Virus record (IMG/VR): IMGVR_UViG_3300044825_003095
Coordinates: 1 to 60,305 of that record
DNA: 60,305 nt
Strand: one strand, 5' to 3'
Source of the DNA: a virus
Taxonomy: Duplodnaviria > Caudoviricetes
Every line of letters begins with the position of its first letter. The stretch's first letter is position 1. Both the position numbers and the translations under genes were made by a program. Of this stretch, positions 47,209-56,024 are shown piece after piece. The notes under the pieces are model-generated. The model saw only the letters and a program-made list of their open reading frames with translations. It was not told where the DNA came from and searched no databases.

Positions 47209-47423
47209 GCCCCGATCCTATCGCACGGAAGGCCGCGCCGTTCGACCCAGCCCGCCAAGGCGTCCACAATCTCGGGCGGAAGCCCGTTGAACTCCACCGA
47301 CGGAACCCCGCCGTCGTCGGCGAGCTTGACCGTCAGCGTGCTGTGGCCCCGCCCTCGCGTCAGCCGTATCTCCGTGGCGTGGCCGCGGACGATCCTCGCC
47401 TCGAACCGGGTGATCTTCTTCAC
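47205..47423 (-). CDS. Small hypothetical protein
   Basis: SD AAGGAGA, GTG start. Confidence 0.6.
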   Translation of the reverse strand: MKKITRFEARIVRGHATEIRLTRGRGHSTLTVKLADDGGVPSVEFNGLPPEIVDALAGWVERRGLPCDRIGA

Positions 47424-47977
47424 GCCGTCTCCTTGACCGCGCACCAGTCGCTCGCCGCGGCCCTGGCCAGCGTGCCGGGGTCGGTGGCCGCGACCGCGAC
47501 CGCCAGCGCCGCCCAGTGGTGCGTGGAGATGCACGACAGCGGTCCAGGCATGGCGACGATCTTCTTCGCCTTGTTGCCCTTCACGCCGAGCGCCTTGGCC
47601 TCGCCGCCCCACATCAGGATCAGCTCCTCGCGCACGCGCTTGTCGTCGGCCGCCGAAGTCCCGCAGAGGAACTCCTTCACGAAGCGGCGCCGGATTCCGA
47701 CGACCCCGATTTGGCTTGGAGCAAAGGCCAGCCGCTCGACCAGCCGTCCCGTCTCGAACACGGTCCTGAACGACGCATCGCTCAACGACTGGCCGCGCGG
47801 CTCGAACTGCTCGAACGCCACGAGCGGCCGATCGTCAGAACAGGTCGCCGATCGCAGTTGCGACAGCATGGACAATTCGTTCACGATGTCCGCGGTCCAC
47901 TTCCTCCGATCCAGCCGAACGATCGCATGCGACGTCGGACTCGGATCGACTCCGTAGATGATTCCGGAGTCGATCAT
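47420..47977 (-). CDS. ruvC: RuvC-like nuclease/resolvase
   Basis: IYGVDP...VAFE...TVFETG...VKEFLCG...D...WAALAVA. Confidence 0.8.
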   Translation of the reverse strand: MIDSGIIYGVDPSPTSHAIVRLDRRKWTADIVNELSMLSQLRSATCSDDRPLVAFEQFEPRGQSLSDASFRTVFETGRLVERLAFAPSQIGVVGIRRRFVKEFLCGTSAADDKRVREELILMWGGEAKALGVKGNKAKKIVAMPGPLSCISTHHWAALAVAVAATDPGTLARAAASDWCAVKETA

Positions 47978-48684
47978 CGCGTCGCGTCCTCCGTTGCCGC
48001 CGGCGCCTTGCCGTCCCCGACGAACTCCCACGGGCTGATGTGCGTCTGGTGGCCCAGGTACTCGATCGCGTACGGCGCCCGCAGCGGAAGCCCCTCGAGC
48101 TCCCGCCACACGTGCAGCAGGTGCGACAGGAACATCTTGGCGATGTACCGCAGCGCCATGTTGTTGATGCGCCCGAGCGACCACTCCGGAACCTCCTTCG
48201 GCGGCGGCGGGATCACGGCGCCGTCCGGGGCGTGCGCCACCTTCCACTTCACCCCGGCCTCCTTGCGGCCAGTCTCGTCGTCGAGGATCTCCTCGCCGGT
48301 GGCGCCGCCGGCCTTCCAGATGATGCTGCCCTTGTTCAGCTCCCGCTCGACGATGCGCGCCTTGTAGCGGTCGTACAGGTCGCGGTACGGCCCGCCGGCC
48401 TTCACGAACGACTGCGCGATCTTCCACGCCGTCACCTTGAGCTGGTCGTTCCAGTTGGACTTCGCGCCCTTGCGGCGGCGCACGCACCGGCCGTCGATCA
48501 CGTGCAGGCCCGCGTACGCCCACAGCTTCGCGGCGTTGTCGAACTTCGCCGGGCTGCCGATCAGGGCGATCAGCAGGCCGCTCAGGCGCGGTCCGATGCC
48601 GCGCACCTTTCCGAGCGCAAAGGTTCGCAAGCGTTCTTCGGGTGGCAAGTGATCCGCGGCTATCACTGGGGCTTTGGGCGTCAA
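47974..48684 (-). CDS. Nop/IS110-like RNA-binding protein (TIGR-associated TasA-like), N-terminally truncated or minimal
   Basis: VRGIGP...LIALIG...F..AAKLWAYAGL...RRRKG...NWN..LK...Y..YK...ALRYIAKMFLSHL..VWRELEGLP...PY...YLGH. No N-terminal coil or DEDD domain, no clear SD. Confidence 0.8.
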   Translation of the reverse strand: MTPKAPVIAADHLPPEERLRTFALGKVRGIGPRLSGLLIALIGSPAKFDNAAKLWAYAGLHVIDGRCVRRRKGAKSNWNDQLKVTAWKIAQSFVKAGGPYRDLYDRYKARIVERELNKGSIIWKAGGATGEEILDDETGRKEAGVKWKVAHAPDGAVIPPPPKEVPEWSLGRINNMALRYIAKMFLSHLLHVWRELEGLPLRAPYAIEYLGHQTHISPWEFVGDGKAPAATEDATR

Positions 48685-48773
48685 GTCAACAATGGATCAC
48701 AAATGGACTTCTGGTTGCATGGTTTTATTGGTTCGCAACGTCGAAACGGGAGACACTTCTTCTTTGGCTACGG
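48621..48773 (-). ncRNA. TIGR-like tandem dual-spacer guide array (four 36-nt units)
   Basis: 9-nt TG-N4-CC-N repeats alternate with unique 9-nt spacers at exact 18-nt period, abutting the Tas-like gene. Confidence 0.82.
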
Positions 48774-49571
48774 CTGCGGCAGGGCGTCCCAGTCCAGCAG
48801 CCACTCGACGCACAATCGCGTCTCCGCCTCGGCAGTTCCGGGCGGCACAAGTCCGTGCGACTCGGCGTCCTGCGTCCCGGCGCTCCACAGCCACAGGCGG
48901 TCCTCGGCGTGCCGCGCCCGAGACATGAACTCCCACTGCGTGAGCAACGGCTCGTTCCACTGGCCCAGCCGGTGCTGGCACACGACGAGCACGCGGGCAA
49001 GGTCGGGAAGGTGCCTCGCGGCCCACTCCATCGCCAGGCGGTCGCGGGCGTCCTCGATCGCCGTGTTGCCGACGTACTGGTCGTAGCCGCGCACGCACAC
49101 CCACCCCTGCATGCGGGAGAGCATCATGTGCCGCGCCCACCGCTCCTCGAGCTCGAGCAGCTCGGCGACCGTGGCCGTCAGCAGCGACTTCCACACCGTC
49201 CCGTCGCCGACCGGGAAGTACATCGGCACGTCGTCGATGGACCACTGCGCCAGCTTCGCGCCGGTGCGCATGCCGTCGTTCATGGAGAACGGGAGCATGA
49301 GCTCGTACAGCGCGGGCTCGTAGCCGGCCTGCGCCTTCGCCAGCGTCTCGTCCTCGCGGTCGATGAACGCAAGTTCGCCGCACGGGATCGACGACAGCGC
49401 CTCGGCCAGCTTGCCGACCTGCACGACGCCGCCGACCTTGAGGTTGTGCCAGTAGACCGCGCGGCCGAGGCGAACATCCACGCCGGAATCCCGCAACGGG
49501 TCGAACACCGCGCTCGGAACCAGCTTCGGAAGCTGGGCCTTGTCGAGCAGGTCCACGAACAGGGTTTTCAT
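48768..49571 (-). CDS. Hypothetical protein
   Basis: MKTLFVDLLDK..., coupled to the ATPase gene. Confidence 0.7.
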   Translation of the reverse strand: MKTLFVDLLDKAQLPKLVPSAVFDPLRDSGVDVRLGRAVYWHNLKVGGVVQVGKLAEALSSIPCGELAFIDREDETLAKAQAGYEPALYELMLPFSMNDGMRTGAKLAQWSIDDVPMYFPVGDGTVWKSLLTATVAELLELEERWARHMMLSRMQGWVCVRGYDQYVGNTAIEDARDRLAMEWAARHLPDLARVLVVCQHRLGQWNEPLLTQWEFMSRARHAEDRLWLWSAGTQDAESHGLVPPGTAEAETRLCVEWLLDWDALPQP

Positions 49572-50815
49572 GGCGCCACCTCGCCGCCGACCAGCCGGCC
49601 CTCTCGGATCGTGAACCCGACATCCTCGCCGTTGGTCACGAGCTCCCGCCAGATCTGGATCCCGTGCTCCGCGGCCAGCTTCGTCAGTTGGGCGACCGTC
49701 GCGTCGTCGCACAGCGACCCGTCGCGGATGAACATGACCTGCGCGTTCGGGTTCAGCGCCATGCCGACGGCGACGCTCACCGCGATCTGCTCCGCGGTCG
49801 AGCACTGGTCGAGCGGCGTGCCGTGCAGCGTCGGCCCGGCCTGCGAGAACGCCAACCCGTCGATGGGGAGCGCCGACTTCGCGAGCCGGCGACGCACCGA
49901 ATCCTCGAGCAGCTCCATCTCCGAGGTCATGTCCTCCGACTGCGCCTCCAGCGCAGCGACGGACTTCGCAAGCGCGTCGCGCTCGTTGTTCTGCCGCACC
50001 TTCGCGTTGTGCGCCTCGATCTCGCGCATGCGCTCCTGGATCGCCGTCGTCTCGCTGGGCGGATCGCCCTTCGCGGCCTCCGTCGCCTCGCGGAGCTTCT
50101 GCTCGTGCTCCGCCAGCTCGCGCTCGACGCCGCTCAACGCCTGCTTGAGCCGCTCGACATCCTCCCGCGACTTCGTCACCAGCCGCGACACGGTGTCGCG
50201 CTGCCGGATGCGGTCGTCGTACTCGCGACGCGCGGCAGCCGCCTTCTCGATCGCATCCCGCATCGAGTCGGCGCTGAGCTCGGCGTCGGCTCCCGGATGC
50301 CGCGGCATCGCGTCGAGCCGGGCCTTCTCCGACTTCACCCGTCGGTTCACGTCGGTCCTGCGCTCGTACAGCTCCTTCACGTCGGCCTGGTGCTTCTCCA
50401 GGTCGATGCCGCCGAGCCGGGCCAGCACGGCGTTCTGGTTGGCGGGCTTGTCCGAGATGAACGACACCGGGTTGAACGTGCGGTCGCCGAACAACCGCTC
50501 CAGCGCCTCCTGCCCGCGGCCGACGGTCGTGCCGTCGATGGTCCGCACCTTGAGGTAGTAGTTGCCCGCCTCCGTCCACTTGCCGACGGCGCGGAGGCCC
50601 GGCACGTCGAGCTCGACCTCCGCCTCCTCCGCGCCTTCGTGGATCGGCTTCGACGGATGCGACCGCTTTCCGAACACGACTGCCTCGACCGCCTTGAACG
50701 CCGACGACTTGCCGGCGCCGTTGGGGCCGCTGATCGTGACGACCGGACCCTGCGGCCTGATCTCGAGGTCCGTGAGTCCCATGAAGTTCGTGACCTTCAA
50801 CCGTTCGATTGGCAC
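49568..50815 (-). CDS. SMC/SbcC-like coiled-coil ABC ATPase
   Basis: Walker A GPNGAGKSS, coiled coil, CSTAEQ signature, MFIRDGS Walker B. Confidence 0.85.
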   Translation of the reverse strand: MPIERLKVTNFMGLTDLEIRPQGPVVTISGPNGAGKSSAFKAVEAVVFGKRSHPSKPIHEGAEEAEVELDVPGLRAVGKWTEAGNYYLKVRTIDGTTVGRGQEALERLFGDRTFNPVSFISDKPANQNAVLARLGGIDLEKHQADVKELYERRTDVNRRVKSEKARLDAMPRHPGADAELSADSMRDAIEKAAAARREYDDRIRQRDTVSRLVTKSREDVERLKQALSGVERELAEHEQKLREATEAAKGDPPSETTAIQERMREIEAHNAKVRQNNERDALAKSVAALEAQSEDMTSEMELLEDSVRRRLAKSALPIDGLAFSQAGPTLHGTPLDQCSTAEQIAVSVAVGMALNPNAQVMFIRDGSLCDDATVAQLTKLAAEHGIQIWRELVTNGEDVGFTIREGRLVGGEVAP

Positions 50816-51252
50816 GCCTCACCGCCTTTTCTCTTGGATGCCGACGCGACGACCTGCTCGGCGTCGGCGTTGGACAGGACGAAGCCGAGCTCCTGCTCGA
50901 CCAACCTCTGAAACGCCTGGCACAGCTCCGGCTCGTACATCGGCCGCAGCCGATCGAGCATCTTCCCGGCCTTGCGACCCGCAGCCGCCACGTCGGTCGC
51001 CAGCGCCGGCCTGAGGCGCGGCCTGCCGATCCACCGGACGACGGGGCTGATCCTGTAGCGTCGCCACTCCGACTCGAGGCGGTCGGCCGCCGACCTGATC
51101 GCCGAACGGCCGACCGCCCGCTTCCGCTTGCAGTCCACGCGCTGCTGCTCGGCGGCGTCCTCGTACGACGTGGCGCTCATGGCCAGCCGCGTGTAGTGGC
51201 GGCGCACCCATTCCTCGAGCGCCGACTTGTCCTCCCGCTTGATCTGCGGCAT
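50797..51252 (-). CDS. Hypothetical protein
   Basis: MPQIKREDK... fills the gap between recT and the ATPase. Confidence 0.55.
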   Translation of the reverse strand: MPQIKREDKSALEEWVRRHYTRLAMSATSYEDAAEQQRVDCKRKRAVGRSAIRSAADRLESEWRRYRISPVVRWIGRPRLRPALATDVAAAGRKAGKMLDRLRPMYEPELCQAFQRLVEQELGFVLSNADAEQVVASASKRKGGEACQSNG

Positions 51253-51254
51253 TC

Positions 51255-52511
51255 CTACAGCCTCCAGTCCGGTGCGGCGATCTTCTCGGCGAACCTCGCC
51301 CACTTGGCGTCGTCGCGCATGTCGCGCGTCTCGATCTTGTGGTCGCCGAGGTAGTCGAGCACGGCCTCCTTCGCCGCCTCCGCGTTGTCGAACTTCCGCA
51401 CCTGCATGAACCGCTCGGCGGCGACGCCCAGCCGCTCGGTGAGCGTCTTGGCCGCGAGCAGCTTCTCCGCGACCTTGTTGCCGGACTCCGGCTTCGACTC
51501 CGTCGTCGGCGGCGCCTCGTCGGGCACCTCGGGCTCGGGAGCCGGGCCGCTCGCGGCCGGCGCCTGCGTCGCCACGACCTCTCGCGCCGCCTTCGTCTCG
51601 CGCACGCGACGCACCGTGCTCTCCGTCCGCGACTTCGGCGCGGCCTCCTGCTGCCCGGCGGCGTCGTCGTTCCGGTCGTCCTCGACCGCGCCTTCCTCCA
51701 TCGCCTCTCGCCCGCCGAGATCCTTGAGGTCGGCGCCGAGCTGCGCCGCGATCATCGCCGTGTCCACGCCGTCGCCGGACTCCTCGCCGTCGGACAGCGC
51801 GACGCCGAGCGACAGGTCGGGGGTCTGCGGCAGCCAGTTGCACATGCGACGCACGCCCGACTTGAGCATCATCGCGATCTCGTCGGTCGCCCACGCGGAC
51901 TTCTCCCGCTGCCACTCGGGCATCTTGGCGACGGCGCGCGCCTTGATGCCGTCGAGCTCGGCGCGGGTCAGGACGCGGAACGCCGTGCGCCCCGTCTTGA
52001 ACGTCGCGACGCAGTAGACGTGCGTGAGCTTCTCGATCACTCGCAGCGATCCGGTCGGCTCGTGCTCGATCGTCGGGTTGGAGCCGAGCATCACGCGGAA
52101 CCTGTCGCCCTCGAACACCGCGTACGGCTGGATCGTCTCCACCGTCCCGGTGCGGTAGGCGATCTCCATCAGCCCGCGGTAGCCGGGGATGAACTGCGCC
52201 TCGAGGATCTTGATCCACTTGTCGCCGCGCTTCTCGCTGCGGTTGAACGGGACCAGGTAGCCCTGGCCACCGATCCCCGTCGGGTCGAGCCCGAGCTGCG
52301 TCGCGGCCATCACGCTCGTCAGCACCGAGATCGGCGTGCAGTCGGCCAGCTTCGGCTGGCGAGACAGCAGCGCACCGACGATGCGCACCATCCGCTCGGC
52401 CGTCAGGTGCTTGCTCGCGACGGCCGCGAACGCGCCCTGCTTGGACTGCATGTACTTCACGAGCGCCGAAACCTTGCTCGGCGCCGGCGCCATCGGGACA
52501 GTCTCGCTCAT
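51255..52511 (-). CDS. recT: RecT-family ssDNA annealing protein
   Basis: KHLTAERM...PKLADCTP.S...LGLDP...GQGYLVPF...AQFIPGYRGL...W.TD...M..K...RR...LP. Confidence 0.92.
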   Translation of the reverse strand: MSETVPMAPAPSKVSALVKYMQSKQGAFAAVASKHLTAERMVRIVGALLSRQPKLADCTPISVLTSVMAATQLGLDPTGIGGQGYLVPFNRSEKRGDKWIKILEAQFIPGYRGLMEIAYRTGTVETIQPYAVFEGDRFRVMLGSNPTIEHEPTGSLRVIEKLTHVYCVATFKTGRTAFRVLTRAELDGIKARAVAKMPEWQREKSAWATDEIAMMLKSGVRRMCNWLPQTPDLSLGVALSDGEESGDGVDTAMIAAQLGADLKDLGGREAMEEGAVEDDRNDDAAGQQEAAPKSRTESTVRRVRETKAAREVVATQAPAASGPAPEPEVPDEAPPTTESKPESGNKVAEKLLAAKTLTERLGVAAERFMQVRKFDNAEAAKEAVLDYLGDHKIETRDMRDDAKWARFAEKIAAPDWRL

Positions 52512-53419
52512 TCCATGTCTCCTGGTTGGGTGACCTCGTCCGAATCATCGAATCGCGCCGTCAGCTCCTTGCTGAAGCGCCAGTTGGCCCGCTGGTGGCT
52601 CGACGCCTTCGTCACGAACTCCTTGCGGTTCACGGTCTTGAGCGTCACGCTCCCGACCGGGCTCTCCCCGGTGGTGGCGTCGCCCAGCGCCGCGTAGATC
52701 GCGGCCTCGGCGCGGTCCTTCCGCTGCTTCGCGGCCTTCGCCAGCGCCTTCGCCTCGGCGATCTCGACCATCAGCGCCTCCGGGATCGAAACCTTCTTGC
52801 CCTCCTGCCGCACGACGCGGCGGATGAAGTCGAGTCGCGGCGGCGCTCCGGGCGGCTCGACCCGCGCCTCGACGTACCTGGTCCAGAACTCCTCGGCCTC
52901 CTCGAGGATCATCCTCGCGAGATCCTCGTCGCGGCGAAGGCGGTACATGCGGTACCCGCGACCGCCGACCAGCGACGGCACGACGACGGTGTCGATGTCC
53001 GCGCACACCATCTGGGCGTGCGCCTGCACGATCACGCGCTCGGGCACCTGGTCCGTCTCGTCGTCGCCCCAGTAGTCCTCGTCCAGCGCCGGACCGACGA
53101 TCCCGTGCGTCTTGCCCTCCACGCCGATCGCCAGCTTCCTGCACAGCCCGTCGAGGTTCGCGGCGAGAACCTGCCCGGTGTCGCAGTACACGTTGCGCTC
53201 GACATCCTCGCCGAGACGGTCCTCCGCGTACGCGACGAGAGACTCCTCGAGCGCGTTGCCGGCCCGCGTCGCGACCGTGCCCTTGTCCTCGATGTCATAG
53301 ACCTTGCTGGCCCACACCTCCCTCGGCGACACGTTCGCCATCAGGCCGAGGATCGCCGGCATGTCCGACGCCCCGATCCGAAATCTCCGCGCCGCCCGTT
53401 GTTCCGGGGTGATTGGCAT
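52508..53419 (-). CDS. YqaJ-like viral recombinase exonuclease
   Basis: RIGASD...ILG...GNALE...ANLDG...EGKT...Q..AQM. Confidence 0.9.
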   Translation of the reverse strand: MPITPEQRAARRFRIGASDMPAILGLMANVSPREVWASKVYDIEDKGTVATRAGNALEESLVAYAEDRLGEDVERNVYCDTGQVLAANLDGLCRKLAIGVEGKTHGIVGPALDEDYWGDDETDQVPERVIVQAHAQMVCADIDTVVVPSLVGGRGYRMYRLRRDEDLARMILEEAEEFWTRYVEARVEPPGAPPRLDFIRRVVRQEGKKVSIPEALMVEIAEAKALAKAAKQRKDRAEAAIYAALGDATTGESPVGSVTLKTVNRKEFVTKASSHQRANWRFSKELTARFDDSDEVTQPGDME

Positions 53420-53909
53420 TGTGCTTCGCTCCTTTGCGTGACTGTGCGATATTATCGCATAGTCGCTCGTTCGTCAAGTGGCGGCGTGGATCCACGATGG
53501 ATTCCACCGTCGCCGCCTCGAGCGACGACGGGCCGCGATACAGCCCTTCCAGCATGTCGGTGAACGCCGCGAGCTGGCCGTCGGCCATCGCCTTCGACAC
53601 CAGCATGTCCACCCGCTTGCGCCTGGCGCCGCGACGCGGCCGGCTCCCGAGCAGCGCGACGATCCGCGACACGTCCCAGCACGACAGCAGGCCGAGGTCC
53701 GGCCTCGCGTCGTCCACCGGACGCGGCACGATCGACAGGAGATCGCACGCGCCGAGCACCGTCTCGACCTTCTCTCCGACCGCCTCCGACACCTCGAGCA
53801 CCGTCCACACCCACAGCAGCGGGTTGGGTACGGACTCCTCCGTCCACGCCAGGTCGGCGTGCCGCTTCCCGGCAACCAGCCGCATCGCCCAGCGCCGGTC
53901 ACATGGCAT
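53295..53909 (-). CDS. Hypothetical protein (3' end overlaps the promoter and yqaJ)
   Basis: ORF in operon; C-terminal part looks like run-on. Confidence 0.5.
   Translation of the reverse strand: MPCDRRWAMRLVAGKRHADLAWTEESVPNPLLWVWTVLEVSEAVGEKVETVLGACDLLSIVPRPVDDARPDLGLLSCWDVSRIVALLGSRPRRGARRKRVDMLVSKAMADGQLAAFTDMLEGLYRGPSSLEAATVESIVDPRRHLTNERLCDNIAQSRKGAKHNANHPGTTGGAEISDRGVGHAGDPRPDGERVAEGGVGQQGL
53449..53477 (-). promoter_or_regulatory. Sigma70-type promoter for the recombination operon
   Basis: TTGACG-17 nt-TAATAT; -10 lies inside palindrome TGCGATA-A-TATCGCA. Confidence 0.7.
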
Positions 53910-54270
53910 ATAGAACCGGCACCCCCGCCGCCTTCGCCTTGCGGACCATGTCCTCGGTCCCGGCGCCGCCCTCGAACGCGACGACGAGATGCGGCTTGAA
54001 CGACCCGAGCATCCGCGCGTTCCGCATCGGACCCGCCGCCCTTCCGTACCTCGCCCACTCCGCGTTGAACGGCTCGCGAGGCACGTTGGCCTCCTCCGCC
54101 CACCGATCGGCCAGCGAGTCGGCGCCGTCGGCGTTGCCGTGCGCGATGCGGACGGACCGGCCCTCGTCGGCGCACTTCACCGCGATCTCCGTGAGCGTGC
54201 GGTTCAGCAGCAGCGCGTCGTTGAACCTCCGCCCGCCGCACACCAGCACTCGGTATGGATGCTGTGGCAT
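53899..54270 (-). CDS. SLOG-family (YspA-like/DUF2493) protein
   Basis: RVLVCGGR.F...HGNADGAD.LA..WA...W..YGRAAGPMRN..ML...VVAF.GG.GT.DMV. Confidence 0.88.
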   Translation of the reverse strand: MPQHPYRVLVCGGRRFNDALLLNRTLTEIAVKCADEGRSVRIAHGNADGADSLADRWAEEANVPREPFNAEWARYGRAAGPMRNARMLGSFKPHLVVAFEGGAGTEDMVRKAKAAGVPVLYAM

Positions 54271-54272
54271 GG

Positions 54273-54626
54273 TCACTCCGAGCACGAGTGGCTTTCCGGG
54301 CACGCCGTGTGCCCCGCGCATCGCTTGCCGCCCATGCAGAACGTCGGGCAGTCGGTCGCCGTCCCGATCCTCGGGTTCGCTGGATACGGAAGCCGTCGAA
54401 CCGCCGTCACCTCGTTCTGGATCAGCGTCCCGGCGATCTCCTTCGCCCGCTCGGCGCTCGGCGCCTCGACGCATGCGCCCTCGCGCCCCTCGAAGTCCAC
54501 CCACCACGGCACGGGAGCCGGTGGCTTCTCCCGGACATCCTTGAGGCATCCCAGGCAGTAGTCGCGGCTCAGCATCAGCAGCCCGCCACAGCCGGGGCAA
54601 CGTCGCTCGGTCATCGTCTCAGGCAT
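54273..54626 (-). CDS. Cys-rich Zn-finger-like protein
   Basis: CPGC, CLGC, and C-terminal CPTFC...C...CP...C. Confidence 0.65.
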   Translation of the reverse strand: MPETMTERRCPGCGGLLMLSRDYCLGCLKDVREKPPAPVPWWVDFEGREGACVEAPSAERAKEIAGTLIQNEVTAVRRLPYPANPRIGTATDCPTFCMGGKRCAGHTACPESHSCSE

Positions 54627-55764
54627 TGGCGCCCTCCTTCGGCATCGCCATCTTCCCGATCACGTACTGCGTCCCGTTGCCGAACACCATCCGCAGCAGG
54701 TTCGGGGCGCCGCACTCGATCTTGATCTCCGCGTCGCCGGCGTCGCATGCGTTGATGGCGCCGATCAGGCTCGCCGGGTTCACCGAGAACCTGATCGGAG
54801 GCCCGTCGACCTTGGCCTCCAGCTCCACGGCCGACTCGCCGACGGCGTCTGACCGGCTCGACACCACCAGGCGTCCATCCTGGACGTCCACGATTGCGCC
54901 AGACGAGCGCGCCGGGTCGGCCATCAGCGACGCCAGCCGCATGGCCGTGTCCAGCCGGGCGGCTCCCACGGTCACCGCAGGGGCGGCCTGCGCCACGAAC
55001 AGCGACTCGATCGCCGGCACGCGCGCCGCCACCAGCGAGCTCCACAACGTCGCCCGGCCAGCCCGCATCACGAAGCCGACGTGATTCCCGCCGAACAACA
55101 CCTGCATGTCGCCGTCGCCGTCGAGCATCCGCAGCACGGCGTCCACCGCCTTCGGGGGCACGATCGCACGGTGCGATCCGCGAACGTCGCAGACGCCCTC
55201 CGCCGTCGACCGGCCGAACACCCGGCCGTTCCCGGCGGTCGCCGTCAACGCGAACCCGTGGGCGTCCAGCACCGTCCCGACGATCGTCTCCCGGCCCTCG
55301 AGGTCCGTCATCGCGACACCCGTCTCCGTCAGCAGGCGGCGCATCGACACCTGGCCGACGTCCATCGTCGCGCTGCTCGCCGCAGGAACCGCCATCGGCA
55401 CGAACCTGCTCGCCGGCTGCGCCATGAGCCGGAACGTGGCGCCGCCGCCCTTCACGGTCAGCCGCTTGTCGTCGAGCTCGATGCGCAGCGTCTCCGCCTC
55501 GAACGACTGCACGACCGACAGCAGCGTCCCCACCGGGACGAACGTCGAACCCTCGCCGAGCAGCTCGAACCGCTCGAGTTGGATGCTCGCGGCCATCTCG
55601 TTGCCCGTCGCCCGAACGACCGCCGTCTCGGATGCCTGGCTCGTCTCGAGCAGCACGCACCGCTCGTCCGCCTGCAACAGCTTCGACCGCACCACCGGCG
55701 CCATCGCCGCCAGCGCCTCCGCCAGCTCCCGCACGTCGCACTTGAGCATTCCAAGCTCGCCCAT
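54619..55764 (-). CDS. dnaN: DNA polymerase III beta clamp-like protein
   Basis: Three-domain size (~381 aa); VRATGNE...EG...VP...L...F.L, ATAGNGR, AIVP.KAV, I.FS.NP..L..AI. Confidence 0.8.
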   Translation of the reverse strand: MGELGMLKCDVRELAEALAAMAPVVRSKLLQADERCVLLETSQASETAVVRATGNEMAASIQLERFELLGEGSTFVPVGTLLSVVQSFEAETLRIELDDKRLTVKGGGATFRLMAQPASRFVPMAVPAASSATMDVGQVSMRRLLTETGVAMTDLEGRETIVGTVLDAHGFALTATAGNGRVFGRSTAEGVCDVRGSHRAIVPPKAVDAVLRMLDGDGDMQVLFGGNHVGFVMRAGRATLWSSLVAARVPAIESLFVAQAAPAVTVGAARLDTAMRLASLMADPARSSGAIVDVQDGRLVVSSRSDAVGESAVELEAKVDGPPIRFSVNPASLIGAINACDAGDAEIKIECGAPNLLRMVFGNGTQYVIGKMAMPKEGANA

Positions 55765-55768
55765 GCCG

Positions 55769-56005
55769 TCAACCACCTTTCTCATCTTCGGTGAACTCGA
55801 TCGTGACCTTCGCACGCAACGCGGATCCGACCGACCCCTTCGTCGATCTCTCGCATGCGTCCACGACAACCTGCGCCTGCGCCCTGGTCTGATACAGCAA
55901 CCCGAACGCGCCGCTCTTGCCGCACTGCGGCAGAATCGTTCCCCCTCCCTTCCTCAGAACCCGCGGAACCCACGCATTCACGACCACCTTCGGATACTTG
56001 CTCAA
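55769..56005 (-). CDS. Small hypothetical protein
   Basis: SD GAGGAG, TTG start. Confidence 0.55.
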   Translation of the reverse strand: MSKYPKVVVNAWVPRVLRKGGGTILPQCGKSGAFGLLYQTRAQAQVVVDACERSTKGSVGSALRAKVTIEFTEDEKGG

Positions 56006-56024
56006 TACTCGGCTCCTCGTAGAT

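Noticed and set aside
47974-48684. Active IS110 transposase
   Set aside because: No N-terminal DEDD domain or catalytic Ser motif seen; the array context fits Tas better.
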